This document shows, in pieces, positions 29,345-37,757 of a DNA stretch of 64,000 bases (positions are counted from its first letter, which is position 1; the number at the start of each line of letters is the position of its first letter). The DNA is from Gammaproteobacteria bacterium. GTDB lineage: Bacteria; Pseudomonadota; Gammaproteobacteria; Eutrophobiales; Eutrophobiaceae. The DNA is taken from assembly GCA_047620145.1 (NCBI GenBank), contig JBLHKO010000003.1, positions 5,436 through 69,435 of the forward strand. Direction: 5' to 3'. The notes under the pieces are model-generated. The model saw only the letters and a program-made list of their open reading frames with translations. It had not been told where the DNA came from and searched no databases. The translations under genes were made by a program, and so were the position numbers.

Positions 29345-30349
29345 ATGAAAATATTGGGATTGGAGACATCCTGCGATGAAACAGGTGTCGCACTCTATGA
29401 CACAGAACAAGGTTTACTTGCCCATGCTCTGCACAGCCAGGTAGCGTTGCATGAGATCTACGGTGGCGTAGTGCCCGAGCTTGCATCCAGAGATCATGTG
29501 CGCAGAATCATTCCTCTGGTCAGAAAAGTATTATCTGACGCAAATGTCGCGGGTAGTGAATTGGATGGTGTTGCCTACACTGCAGGTCCAGGTTTGATTG
29601 GTGCCTTATTGGTCGGTGTCTCAACTGGACGGAGTCTCGCTTATGGTTGGGGTATTCCTGCCGTAGGAGTACATCATATGGAAGGCCATTTGCTAGCCCC
29701 CATGCTGGAAGAAACAGCCCCTGAATTTCCTTTTATTGCCTTGCTTGTTTCTGGTGGTCACACCATGTTGGTCAAAGTTGAAGGCATTGGCCGCTATGAG
29801 ATTCTTGGTGAATCTTTGGACGATGCCGCAGGTGAAGCCTTTGATAAAACTGCGAAGTTATTAGGCCTGGGCTATCCAGGTGGACCGGCATTATCGGCGT
29901 TGGCAGAAACGGGAAATCCTGAGAGGTTTCGTTTCCCACGACCGATGACAGACAGACCCGGACTGGATTTTAGTTTCAGTGGCTTGAAAACCTTTGCCGT
30001 GAATACCTTTAAAAAGGAAGGCGATGATGAACAAACTAAAGCTGATATCGCCTGTGCTTTTGTTGAGGCAGTGGTGGATACTTTGGCGATTAAATGTAAA
30101 CGGGCTATTCAAGAAACCGGGATTAAGACATTGGTTGCAGCAGGCGGAGTGAGTGCGAATAAACAATTAAGGGAAAGGTTAATAAAAACTTGTGCAAAAG
30201 AAGGTGCGGAGGTGTTTTATCCGAGACCAGAGTTTTGTACGGATAATGGAGCGATGATTGCTTATGCGGGGGCATTGCGGTTGCAAGCAGGGGAGGCTGA
30301 GGGGTTGGGGTTTGGGGGGAGACCGAGGTGGCCTTTGAATGAGTTGTGA
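29345..30349 (+). CDS. tsaD: tRNA N6-adenosine threonylcarbamoyltransferase
   Basis: 334 aa. [33 protein letters not shown]. Divergent from rpsU, as in E. coli. Confidence 0.95.
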   Translation: MKILGLETSCDETGVALYDTEQGLLAHALHSQVALHEIYGGVVPELASRDHVRRIIPLVRKVLSDANVAGSELDGVAYTAGPGLIGALLVGVSTGRSLAYGWGIPAVGVHHMEGHLLAPMLEETAPEFPFIALLVSGGHTMLVKVEGIGRYEILGESLDDAAGEAFDKTAKLLGLGYPGGPALSALAETGNPERFRFPRPMTDRPGLDFSFSGLKTFAVNTFKKEGDDEQTKADIACAFVEAVVDTLAIKCKRAIQETGIKTLVAAGGVSANKQLRERLIKTCAKEGAEVFYPRPEFCTDNGAMIAYAGALRLQAGEAEGLGFGGRPRWPLNEL

Positions 30350-30363
30350 TTTTGCGTTTCCGT

Positions 30364-30426
30364 CCGTCATACCGGCCTTGAGCCGGTATCCAGTAAAATT
30401 ATTCATTCCCGTGAAAACGGGAATCC
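30364..30426. repeat. REP/MITE-like hairpin repeat, locus A
   Basis: CCGTCATACCGGC-CTTGA-GCCGGTATCCAGT followed by ATTCCCGT-GAAA-ACGGGAATCC. The same core (CGTCAT[AT]C[CT]GG..CC[AG]G[AT]AT + CCAGT/GACG) recurs at 49537-49593 and 62809-62882. Confidence 0.65.
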
Positions 30427-30439
30427 AATTATATTCTAT

Positions 30440-30660
30440 CAATGGTTTCGCCTTTTAACGGCGAGTCACTTCTTTTTTGCTTGTCCAAAAAATGAAGTAA
30501 CCAAGAAAAAAAGACACCCTGATATCGTGTCCTGCGGATACCCTCACAGCCGAATGATTTTCTAAGGTCGCGCCTACATGCCTTCCTGGCATGAAGCCGC
30601 TTATTTGAACGTCCTGTTCAAATAACCTTAAAATCATTCATCTGCTCGGCACGATATGAG
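30440..30660. other. hairpin-dense non-coding element of unknown function
   Basis: Hairpins GACAC-N9-GTGTC (30514-30532), CATGCC-TTCCT-GGCATG (30577-30593) and TTATTTGAAC-GTCCT-GTTCAAATAA (30601-30625). The only ORFs here are implausible ones on the minus strand. Confidence 0.35.
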
Positions 30661-30750
30661 GGGGGAATTGATCTTTATTAACTTTAACGTTTGAACTCGT
30701 GGATGGCATTTTAATCAATCCGTGTGGAGTGATTTGCTATACGTTGGTTT

Positions 30751-31109
30751 TTATTTAACACTTTTTAGCCCAGAGCCAATTGCGTAAATAAAAGCTGCTG
30801 TCATAAGGCCAATCAATAGTCCAATGCCAGAACCACTAAAGAATGTGCCTAATAAGCCAACAATTACAGCAAAGCCTGCAAGCCAATGTAAGATTGCGCC
30901 GCTTGCTTTAAAATTATTTTTAATTTTTCACTTTGAGGGGATCTTATGAATGGGGCACAAGCGCCAAGAAAACCAATTAAAAAAAGAATAATTAAACCGA
31001 GTGATATTTTCGCAGCAGGTAAATTGAAATATAAATAAATTGAAAGCCCCGTTATGCTGAGAACAACTGTGGTTTCGATAAAGCTTCTAATTTTCACTTT
31101 TGACTCCAT
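30751..31109 (-). pseudogene. small multi-TM membrane protein gene, apparently frameshifted (1 nt short)
   Basis: The 81-aa ORF (30864-31109) encodes 2 TM helices. The adjacent frame, running down to the TAA at 30751-30753, encodes ..ASGAILHWLAGFAVIVGLLGTFFSGSGIGLLIGLMTAAFIYAIGSGLKSVK with no start codon. The total length of 359 nt equals 3n-1. The junction lies in the A/T runs at about 30905-30935. Confidence 0.35.
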
Positions 31110-31212
31110 TTCGCATAGCTAGTTGATAAGGAGTGTTTTTGAAAGACGCTTTTTCTTATTGATGGTTTTTTGGTGTGGTGTTTTCATTGCTCTTCCTTTA
31201 GTTAGTGTTGGT

Positions 31213-31803
31213 TTATTTTGCGCCGATTTTGTCTTCTTTGCCGCTGATTAAATTTTTGATGTTTGAGGTGTGTCGCCAGAATAATAATATCGCCATGAGT
31301 AGGTTGCTGGCGATGAACCATGGGGAGTCCAAGACAAAAGCGGTGTAGATGGGTGCTGTGGTGGCTGCTGTGAGTCCTGCCAGGGATGAATAGCGGAAGA
31401 TTGCGGCGATAATTAACCAAGTGCCCATGAATGCTAATCCCAATATCCAGCTGGTGCCAAACAGGACGCCTACCAGGGTGGCGACGCCTTTGCCGCCTTT
31501 GAAGTTAAAGAAGATGGGGAACAGGTGGCCGGTGAAGGCGGCTAGGCCGATTCCGGCTAGGATCATGTCTGGTGCATTTAGTAATTTACCAATGACTACT
31601 GGAATTACGCCTTTTAATACATCGCCTGCAAGTGTGGGAATAGCGGCTTTTTTCCCGTATAGGCGTAATACGTTGGTGGCACCGGGGTTATTTGAACCCT
31701 GGGTGCGGGGATCTTCTAGTTGCATCATTTTGCAGACGACCACGGCGGATGAGATGGAGCCGAGGAGGTAGGCGAGGATGATGAGTGAGATATCTATTAA
31801 CAT
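31213..31803 (-). CDS. plsY: glycerol-3-phosphate acyltransferase PlsY
   Basis: 196 aa. LLGSISSAVVV and GSNNPGATNVLR motifs. Divergent from folB, as in E. coli. Confidence 0.92.
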   Translation of the reverse strand: MLIDISLIILAYLLGSISSAVVVCKMMQLEDPRTQGSNNPGATNVLRLYGKKAAIPTLAGDVLKGVIPVVIGKLLNAPDMILAGIGLAAFTGHLFPIFFNFKGGKGVATLVGVLFGTSWILGLAFMGTWLIIAAIFRYSSLAGLTAATTAPIYTAFVLDSPWFIASNLLMAILLFWRHTSNIKNLISGKEDKIGAK

Positions 31804-31889
31804 ATCAGTATTGAAATCTGTCTTGCTTGACAGGTCAAGGGATTATCAGTTTAAGTAGTGCCAATTTAAGATGAGAGTGACTTGAGACT

Positions 31890-32246
31890 ATGGATATTAT
31901 TTATTTAAACGATCTGCGTATTGAAACCATCATCGGTATTTATGGTTGGGAACGTAAGACTAAACAAACCGTGGTGCTGGATATTGAGATGGGCACGGAT
32001 ATTCGCAAGGCATCGACGACTGAGAATGTTGAGGACACCCTGAATTACAAATCGGTTGCTGAGCGTCTATTTGAATTTGTTGGCAGCAGTGAGTTTGAGT
32101 TAATAGAAACATTGGCTGAGCAAATCTCGGATATCTTGTTGAATGAATTTAAAGTCCCATGGTTACGATTGAAGCTGAACAAGCAGGGGGCATTGAAAGG
32201 TGTTCGTGATGTCGGTGTGATTATTGAACGTGGCAAGAAGCTTTGA
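31890..32246 (+). CDS. folB: dihydroneopterin aldolase
   Basis: 118 aa. IGIYGWERKTKQTVVLDIEM is a typical FolB N-terminus. Confidence 0.9.
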   Translation: MDIIYLNDLRIETIIGIYGWERKTKQTVVLDIEMGTDIRKASTTENVEDTLNYKSVAERLFEFVGSSEFELIETLAEQISDILLNEFKVPWLRLKLNKQGALKGVRDVGVIIERGKKL

Positions 32247-32290
32247 AGATAAAAACAAAATAGCTGACATTATCTAAGTAACTATTTCCC

Positions 32291-32914
32291 ATGTTGAATA
32301 TTATTTGTTTTGGAGATTCCATTACGGAAGGTGGACATGTTGAGAAACAACACCGGTGGACGTCGATTCTGCAATCGATGCTAGATGAAAAATGGCCAGA
32401 TAATTATCGGGTAATTAATAAAGGTATTGGTGGGAACACCTCGGCACAGGGATTGGATAGATTCTTTGATGATGTATTAACCTATATGCCGGGCTTGTTG
32501 CTGGTGGAGTTTGGTTTTAATGACGTCAATGTGAAAGATTGGTCAATTGAACATCGGGTTAGCCAGCAGGAATTTGTCAGGAATCTCCGCGAATTTCATC
32601 GGGTCGCAACAGCCAATGGTTCAAGTTGTGTCTATATTCTTAATCACACTATTGCTGAAGTTAAGGGGATGCAGGGTAATGGGCGGAGTTACAATGAAAA
32701 CCTGGCACCTTATGACAGGGCAGTGATTGAATTGGCCGAAGATCTACACGCCGAGATTATTGATCTTCCCGGGATGATGATGGTAAGGGACATCGATCTG
32801 GATGCGTTTCTGCTGGAGGATAATTTACATCTGTCTGCAGCCGGGAATAAGCACTATGCGCAAATGGTTTTTGATGTAATTATAGAGAATAATTTTTATC
32901 AATCACATTCATAA
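32291..32914 (+). CDS. SGNH/GDSL family hydrolase
   Basis: Block I FGDSITEG, block III GGNT, and a C-terminal D..H (EDNLHLS). Confidence 0.8.
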   Translation: MLNIICFGDSITEGGHVEKQHRWTSILQSMLDEKWPDNYRVINKGIGGNTSAQGLDRFFDDVLTYMPGLLLVEFGFNDVNVKDWSIEHRVSQQEFVRNLREFHRVATANGSSCVYILNHTIAEVKGMQGNGRSYNENLAPYDRAVIELAEDLHAEIIDLPGMMMVRDIDLDAFLLEDNLHLSAAGNKHYAQMVFDVIIENNFYQSHS

Positions 32915-32957
32915 AGTAAAACCGAATGCAGTTATAACAAATTCCCGGAGGGGAGAT

Positions 32958-33386
32958 ATGAAATCTGGACTTTTACTATCAATGTTAATGACGCTCTGTG
33001 TTATGTCAATGACGGGATGCGAGACGCTAAGTAATAAGAATCAGGCAGAAAAACTCTCACGCTCAGTGACACATTATGGTGCCGCATTAAGGTGGGCACG
33101 CCATCGAGAGGCAATCAGCTATCATGTGACGCGAGACGCTAAGTTTGCTGAAGTTAATATTGAAGATCTTGAAAATTTCGGTGTCACCAGCGTTGAAGTT
33201 CTCTCAAAGACGATTGTCCCTAGTGCAGAAAAAGGTGGCGTAACTGAAGCGGCCATTGTTGTTGAGATTAGCTATTTTCATAAAGAACAGGGAACTGTTC
33301 GAAAGTTAAAGCTGAATCAAATCTGGTGGTACAACGCAGACATCAAACGTTGGTTAATTGAAACAGAATTTCCAGAATTTAAATGA
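32958..33386 (+). CDS. hypothetical lipoprotein
   Basis: Signal peptide with lipobox MTGC. I recognise no family. Confidence 0.5.
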   Translation: MKSGLLLSMLMTLCVMSMTGCETLSNKNQAEKLSRSVTHYGAALRWARHREAISYHVTRDAKFAEVNIEDLENFGVTSVEVLSKTIVPSAEKGGVTEAAIVVEISYFHKEQGTVRKLKLNQIWWYNADIKRWLIETEFPEFK

Positions 33387-33411
33387 ATTTGTAATTTAGT
33401 ACTGAGATGAA

Positions 33412-34620
33412 ATGATTTCTGATCAGCAGAATTCTCAGTTATGTCTACCTGAACCCGATGAAGTTGCACTTAGACTAAGCGAAGATTTACGAGAAAAGAT
33501 ATGTTTTGCCATCATGGAAAATGGTGGCTCGATTAGCTTCGAACAATACATGCAAATGGCCTTGTATGAACCCGGTCTGGGTTATTACAGTGCTGGTTCA
33601 AGTAAATTTGGAGAACAAGGTGACTTTGTTACCGCGCCAGAATTATCTTCAATCTTTTCTCGTTGTCTTGCGAATCAATGCCAGCAGGTATTATCAGAAA
33701 TTTCCTCAGGCTGTATTCTCGAATTCGGTCCAGGCACCGGTGTCATGGCAATAGATATCATGCGGGAACTTGAGCGAAAAAATACTCTTCCCAAGGTTTA
33801 TTACTTGTTAGAACCTAGCGCAGACTTACGTCAGAGACAACAACAGAAAGTTAAAAGTGAGATTCCTCATCTTGAGAAACGTATGGTATGGCTTGAGCGT
33901 CTCCCTGAAGAGAAAATGGAAGGCATCATTTTGGCAAATGAAGTGATTGATGCGATGCCTGTAAAACGCTTTGTGATTGATCACGAGATTGAAGAAATTG
34001 TTGTCGCTTGCGAATCTGGAGAGAACGATCAGATCAGATTCCAATGGAATAAAAAGGCTATTGATCAAAATTCCATGAAAGTTGTGCAAGAAATGATGGC
34101 AACGTTGAAGGAAACTTTGCCAATGCCATACACCACGGAGATCAATTTTTATATCAAGCCATGGCTAAACTCATTAAGTGATATTCTGGATAAAGGTCTT
34201 ATTCTAATTTCTGATTATGGTTATCCACGGCAGGAATATTTTCATCCACAAAGGCATGCGGGCACATTAATTTGTCACTATCGACACCATGTACATGATG
34301 ATCCATTTTTATATCCTGGATTGCAGGATATTACAGCTTCGGTAGACTTTACGGCTGTCGCAGAAGCCGCTGTCGATGTTAGTTTGCATGTTTCCGGATT
34401 TACCACACAGGCACATTTTTTAATTGCATGTGGGCTGGATCAGTTTGTTCTGGAACAGGAAACAGATGATGCCACTGAAAGAGCACAGATGACTCATCAA
34501 GTCACTAAGCTAACTATGCCAGGCGAAATGGGTGAGAAATTTAAATTCATTGGCTTGACTAAAGCACTCGATATTCAATTAAAAGGTTTTAGTTTTATTG
34601 ATCAAAGAGCACGCCTGTAA
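33412..34620 (+). CDS. SAM-dependent methyltransferase, MidA/NDUFAF7 (DUF185) family
   Basis: 402 aa. FEQYMQMALYEPGLGYY and GDFVTAPELS, then a Rossmann region ILEFGPGTG. These are typical DUF185 features. Confidence 0.8.
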   Translation: MISDQQNSQLCLPEPDEVALRLSEDLREKICFAIMENGGSISFEQYMQMALYEPGLGYYSAGSSKFGEQGDFVTAPELSSIFSRCLANQCQQVLSEISSGCILEFGPGTGVMAIDIMRELERKNTLPKVYYLLEPSADLRQRQQQKVKSEIPHLEKRMVWLERLPEEKMEGIILANEVIDAMPVKRFVIDHEIEEIVVACESGENDQIRFQWNKKAIDQNSMKVVQEMMATLKETLPMPYTTEINFYIKPWLNSLSDILDKGLILISDYGYPRQEYFHPQRHAGTLICHYRHHVHDDPFLYPGLQDITASVDFTAVAEAAVDVSLHVSGFTTQAHFLIACGLDQFVLEQETDDATERAQMTHQVTKLTMPGEMGEKFKFIGLTKALDIQLKGFSFIDQRARL

Positions 34621-34623
34621 TTC

Positions 34624-35336
34624 ATGAAGATAATTGTTTTAATTACACCAATAATCCTATTAGGATTTTTTGCAGCAGGATGTAATTCTGAAACGAGACC
34701 CGATCAGGATCCAGCAAAACGAGATTTCAGTGTACAGTCCCTGGCCAAGGGAGACATTGATAGTGTTCTGGATATTCATGTGCATGAATCTCGTAAGTTA
34801 TTGCGCATACTTATGGTGAAGCTTTATAAAAGAAATCCGGACCAATTAAAAAAATCTCCATTTAATGATATTGAAAAAATATGTCACGTGTGTTTGATAA
34901 GCACCATGGCTGGTCATTTAAACAACTGGATTATAAGGAAAGTGTTGATGCGATAAAGATGACGTTTGATAATAACTATCAAGGAGACAGGGTTTTTTCA
35001 TTTATGGTCGGATTCTCTTCTATGTTGATGGCATCTTATGGTGATAAAACAGATTTTTATATATCAAATAAAGTTGATGGGCAGTTGTTATATAACAGTG
35101 CTCGTAATATTGAAATTGCAGTATGGAAATTAAGCAACAATAGAGATGAACACGGGGATCTCTTCCTTTATAGTAATTCATTATCAAATGAAGAAGATTA
35201 TCTGAGTTATGCGAGACTGTTTGGTAAACTTATTGCGATTCAGGATACAATGGCAATTATTATGGAGGACAAGAACAAGCGTCTCATTAAAAAAGTACTT
35301 CAAAATATGGCAACAGCAGTTTTTTTACCCATATAA
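34624..35336 (+). pseudogene. lipoprotein gene split by a frameshift at an A6 run
   Basis: ORF 34624-34956 (lipobox FAAGC) and ORF 34881-35336 overlap in different frames. Coding-like sequence continues from one to the other across gaaaaaatatg (A6 at 34874-34879). The total of 713 nt equals 3n-1. Confidence 0.5.
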
Positions 35337-35390
35337 TTTACTCGTCCTGTCACTGAAAATTATTCTCTAAAAATATCTCGGGCTTAATAA

Positions 35391-36188
35391 TTGGAATTTC
35401 TACACCTTCTCTTGCTGGGGTTGCTTCAAGGATTGACAGAATTCTTGCCGGTTTCAAGTTCAGCACATTTGATTTTGTTACCAATCCTCACAGATTGGCA
35501 GGATCAGGGTTTAGCATTGGATGTCGCAGCGCATTTCGGCACATTAATCGCCGTGGTCATATATTTTCGACAAGACATCAATAAAATCATTAGCAATGGC
35601 ATCAAGACAGTCCCTTGGCAAGATAATAATATTGATGCCCGACTGTTCTGGTATCTGGCTTTTGCAACGATACCGGTTTCGGTAGTTGGGTTTTTAGGTC
35701 ATGATTTCATCTCAGAGTATTTTCGAGAGCCATTGATTATCGCTATTGCTACGATTTTATTTGGACTCTTGCTTTGGTGGTCAGACGTAAAAGGCAAGCA
35801 AGATCGAGATACAAAAACGCTGTGTATGAGTGATGTAATCTGGATAGGATTAGCGCAAGTATTGGCGCTAATTCCTGGCACCTCAAGGTCGGGTATTACG
35901 ATGACCGCTGGTTTAATGCTTGGTATGAATAGGACTGCAGCGGCACGTTTCTCATTCCTTTTGTCTATTCCCGTGATATTTCTTGCAGGTAGTTACGAAA
36001 CACTTTCTATTATTATGAAAGGCGATACAACGGATGTTATTTCATTCGTCACTGTGTTTATTTTCTCATGGTTGGCAGCATGGACGACGATCAGCCTGTT
36101 TTTAAGATTCGTCGAAAAAACAGGTATGCTGCCTTACGTCATTTACCGTCTACTATTAGGCGGTGTGCTGCTTTATTTCTTCTTGTGA
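35391..36188 (+). CDS. uppP: undecaprenyl-diphosphate phosphatase
   Basis: 265 aa. GLTEFLPVSSSAHL and PGTSRSGITM motifs. TTG start. Confidence 0.92.
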   Translation: MEFLHLLLLGLLQGLTEFLPVSSSAHLILLPILTDWQDQGLALDVAAHFGTLIAVVIYFRQDINKIISNGIKTVPWQDNNIDARLFWYLAFATIPVSVVGFLGHDFISEYFREPLIIAIATILFGLLLWWSDVKGKQDRDTKTLCMSDVIWIGLAQVLALIPGTSRSGITMTAGLMLGMNRTAAARFSFLLSIPVIFLAGSYETLSIIMKGDTTDVISFVTVFIFSWLAAWTTISLFLRFVEKTGMLPYVIYRLLLGGVLLYFFL

Positions 36189-36194
36189 AATTAT

Positions 36195-36431
36195 TTAGTT
36201 GCTGTGACTACCATCGCACAGCGGTTGATTTTTAGTCGCCTTACAGCCACAAAAATAGATCGTTTTTGATTCGGCAGCATCATATTGAACAGGCGTAAAC
36301 TCTGTATCAGCATGTGCGCCATCACAAAAGGGTTGTGATTTACTTTTTCCGCACGCGCACCAATAATAGGATTTTCCTGCTTCAACTTCTACAGCAAAAG
36401 GTTCTTCTGACGCTCTGATTGCTTTGTCCAT
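36195..36431 (-). CDS. CDGSH iron-sulfur domain protein (two CDGSH motifs)
   Basis: 78 aa. CACGKSKSQPFCDGAH and CGCKATKNQPLCDGSH. Confidence 0.85.
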   Translation of the reverse strand: MDKAIRASEEPFAVEVEAGKSYYWCACGKSKSQPFCDGAHADTEFTPVQYDAAESKTIYFCGCKATKNQPLCDGSHSN

Positions 36432-36464
36432 GACTATAATCCTCTGTGAAATAAGATTTAAAAA

Positions 36465-37682
36465 TTAAGCTTTAGCAGCCAATAATTCACCGATAGCATT
36501 CAATCTTTCTGTTCTGATTGCGTCTGCCATTGCTTTACCTTCAAAGCCCTGTTGTTTGAGAGTTTCAGTATTAATATCTTCCGCAGCATTCAATACATTC
36601 TTAAAATAGTCCGCTTGTGGATAGCTTCGATCTTCAAAACCTGTGCGTCCTCTGGCATCGGCTTCGCAACAAATAAGAAATTGATCAAAACGCTCTTGTC
36701 TTCTAAATGCGTCCATGGATTCCAGTTTTGACAGGATGGTTTCAGCGCGCATTTCTTCAATGCGATGGCATATCAGGTGGTGTCTTGAGACCTGTATTGC
36801 AAGGTCTCTGAATTGATTAGGGGCACGATAACGTTTACAAAGTGTTTCGATGAGTTTAACGCCTCGCTCTTCATGGCCATGGTGGCTGGGTAATTTATCT
36901 TTTGGGGTTAACCCTTTGCCTAAATCATGTACCAGGGCAGCAAACCGAATCTGTGGATCTTCGCTCAGACGAGACGCCTGATTTAACGTCATTAAAGTAT
37001 GGATACCGGTGTCGATTTCTGGATGATGTTTTTCTGGTTGGGGCACACCAAAAAGCCGATCAATTTCCGGGAAAAGAATAGTCAGCGCATTACAGGCGCG
37101 TAATGCCAGTATAAAACGTGATGGGTAGGTTTCTCCCATGGCACGTTCCAGTTCACTCCAGACTCTTTCCGGTACTAATGTTGCAAGTTCTCCTGATTCT
37201 GAAATCTCTTGCATTAGAACCATGGTCTCCGGTGCGATGCGGAAACCAAATCGTGCGGCAAATCGCGCAATTCTAAGTACGCGTAATGGATCTTCGATAA
37301 ACGCTGGTGATACATGCCGGAGTATTTTATTTTCAAGATCTTGTTTGCCATTAAAGGGATCAATCAGGTTGCCGGTTTCATCTTCGGCAATGGCGTTAAT
37401 GGTTAAATCGCGTCTGGCCAGATCTTCTTCGAGGGTGACATCGCCGGATGTTTGAAAGGCAAAACCTTTGTAACCTTTGCCTGTTTTTCTTTCGGTGCGT
37501 GCAAGGGCATATTCTTCTTTTGTATCGGGGTGTAAAAAGACGGGAAAATCTTTACCAACGGGCTTGAAACCTTGAGTTTCCATCTCTTCAGGTGTGCTTC
37601 CAACCACAACCCAATCGCTGTCTTTGCTCGGTTTCCCTAGCAGTTTGTCACGTACGGCACCGCCCACAAGATAGATTTTCAT
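36465..37682 (-). CDS. cca: multifunctional CCA-adding enzyme (nucleotidyltransferase + HD phosphohydrolase)
   Basis: 405 aa. [16 protein letters not shown], and an HD domain (ALVHDLGK). It lies next to uppP, as in E. coli. Confidence 0.92.
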   Translation of the reverse strand: MKIYLVGGAVRDKLLGKPSKDSDWVVVGSTPEEMETQGFKPVGKDFPVFLHPDTKEEYALARTERKTGKGYKGFAFQTSGDVTLEEDLARRDLTINAIAEDETGNLIDPFNGKQDLENKILRHVSPAFIEDPLRVLRIARFAARFGFRIAPETMVLMQEISESGELATLVPERVWSELERAMGETYPSRFILALRACNALTILFPEIDRLFGVPQPEKHHPEIDTGIHTLMTLNQASRLSEDPQIRFAALVHDLGKGLTPKDKLPSHHGHEERGVKLIETLCKRYRAPNQFRDLAIQVSRHHLICHRIEEMRAETILSKLESMDAFRRQERFDQFLICCEADARGRTGFEDRSYPQADYFKNVLNAAEDINTETLKQQGFEGKAMADAIRTERLNAIGELLAAKA

Positions 37683-37757
37683 TGGCAGCCATTATAAATT
37701 ATTGATGGTTGAAAATCCTGTTTACCTTGTCAGTCTATAGTTGCCAGATTAGATTAA

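Noticed and set aside
30179-30637. Minus-strand ORFs of 87 aa and 60 aa after tsaD.
   Set aside because: They run across the 3' end of tsaD and the palindromic repeats. Such repeat-encoded ORFs are classic annotation artefacts.
31421-31771. A 116-aa plus-strand ORF antisense to plsY.
   Set aside because: It lies opposite a conserved membrane-protein gene and has no RBS or motif. It is a shadow ORF.
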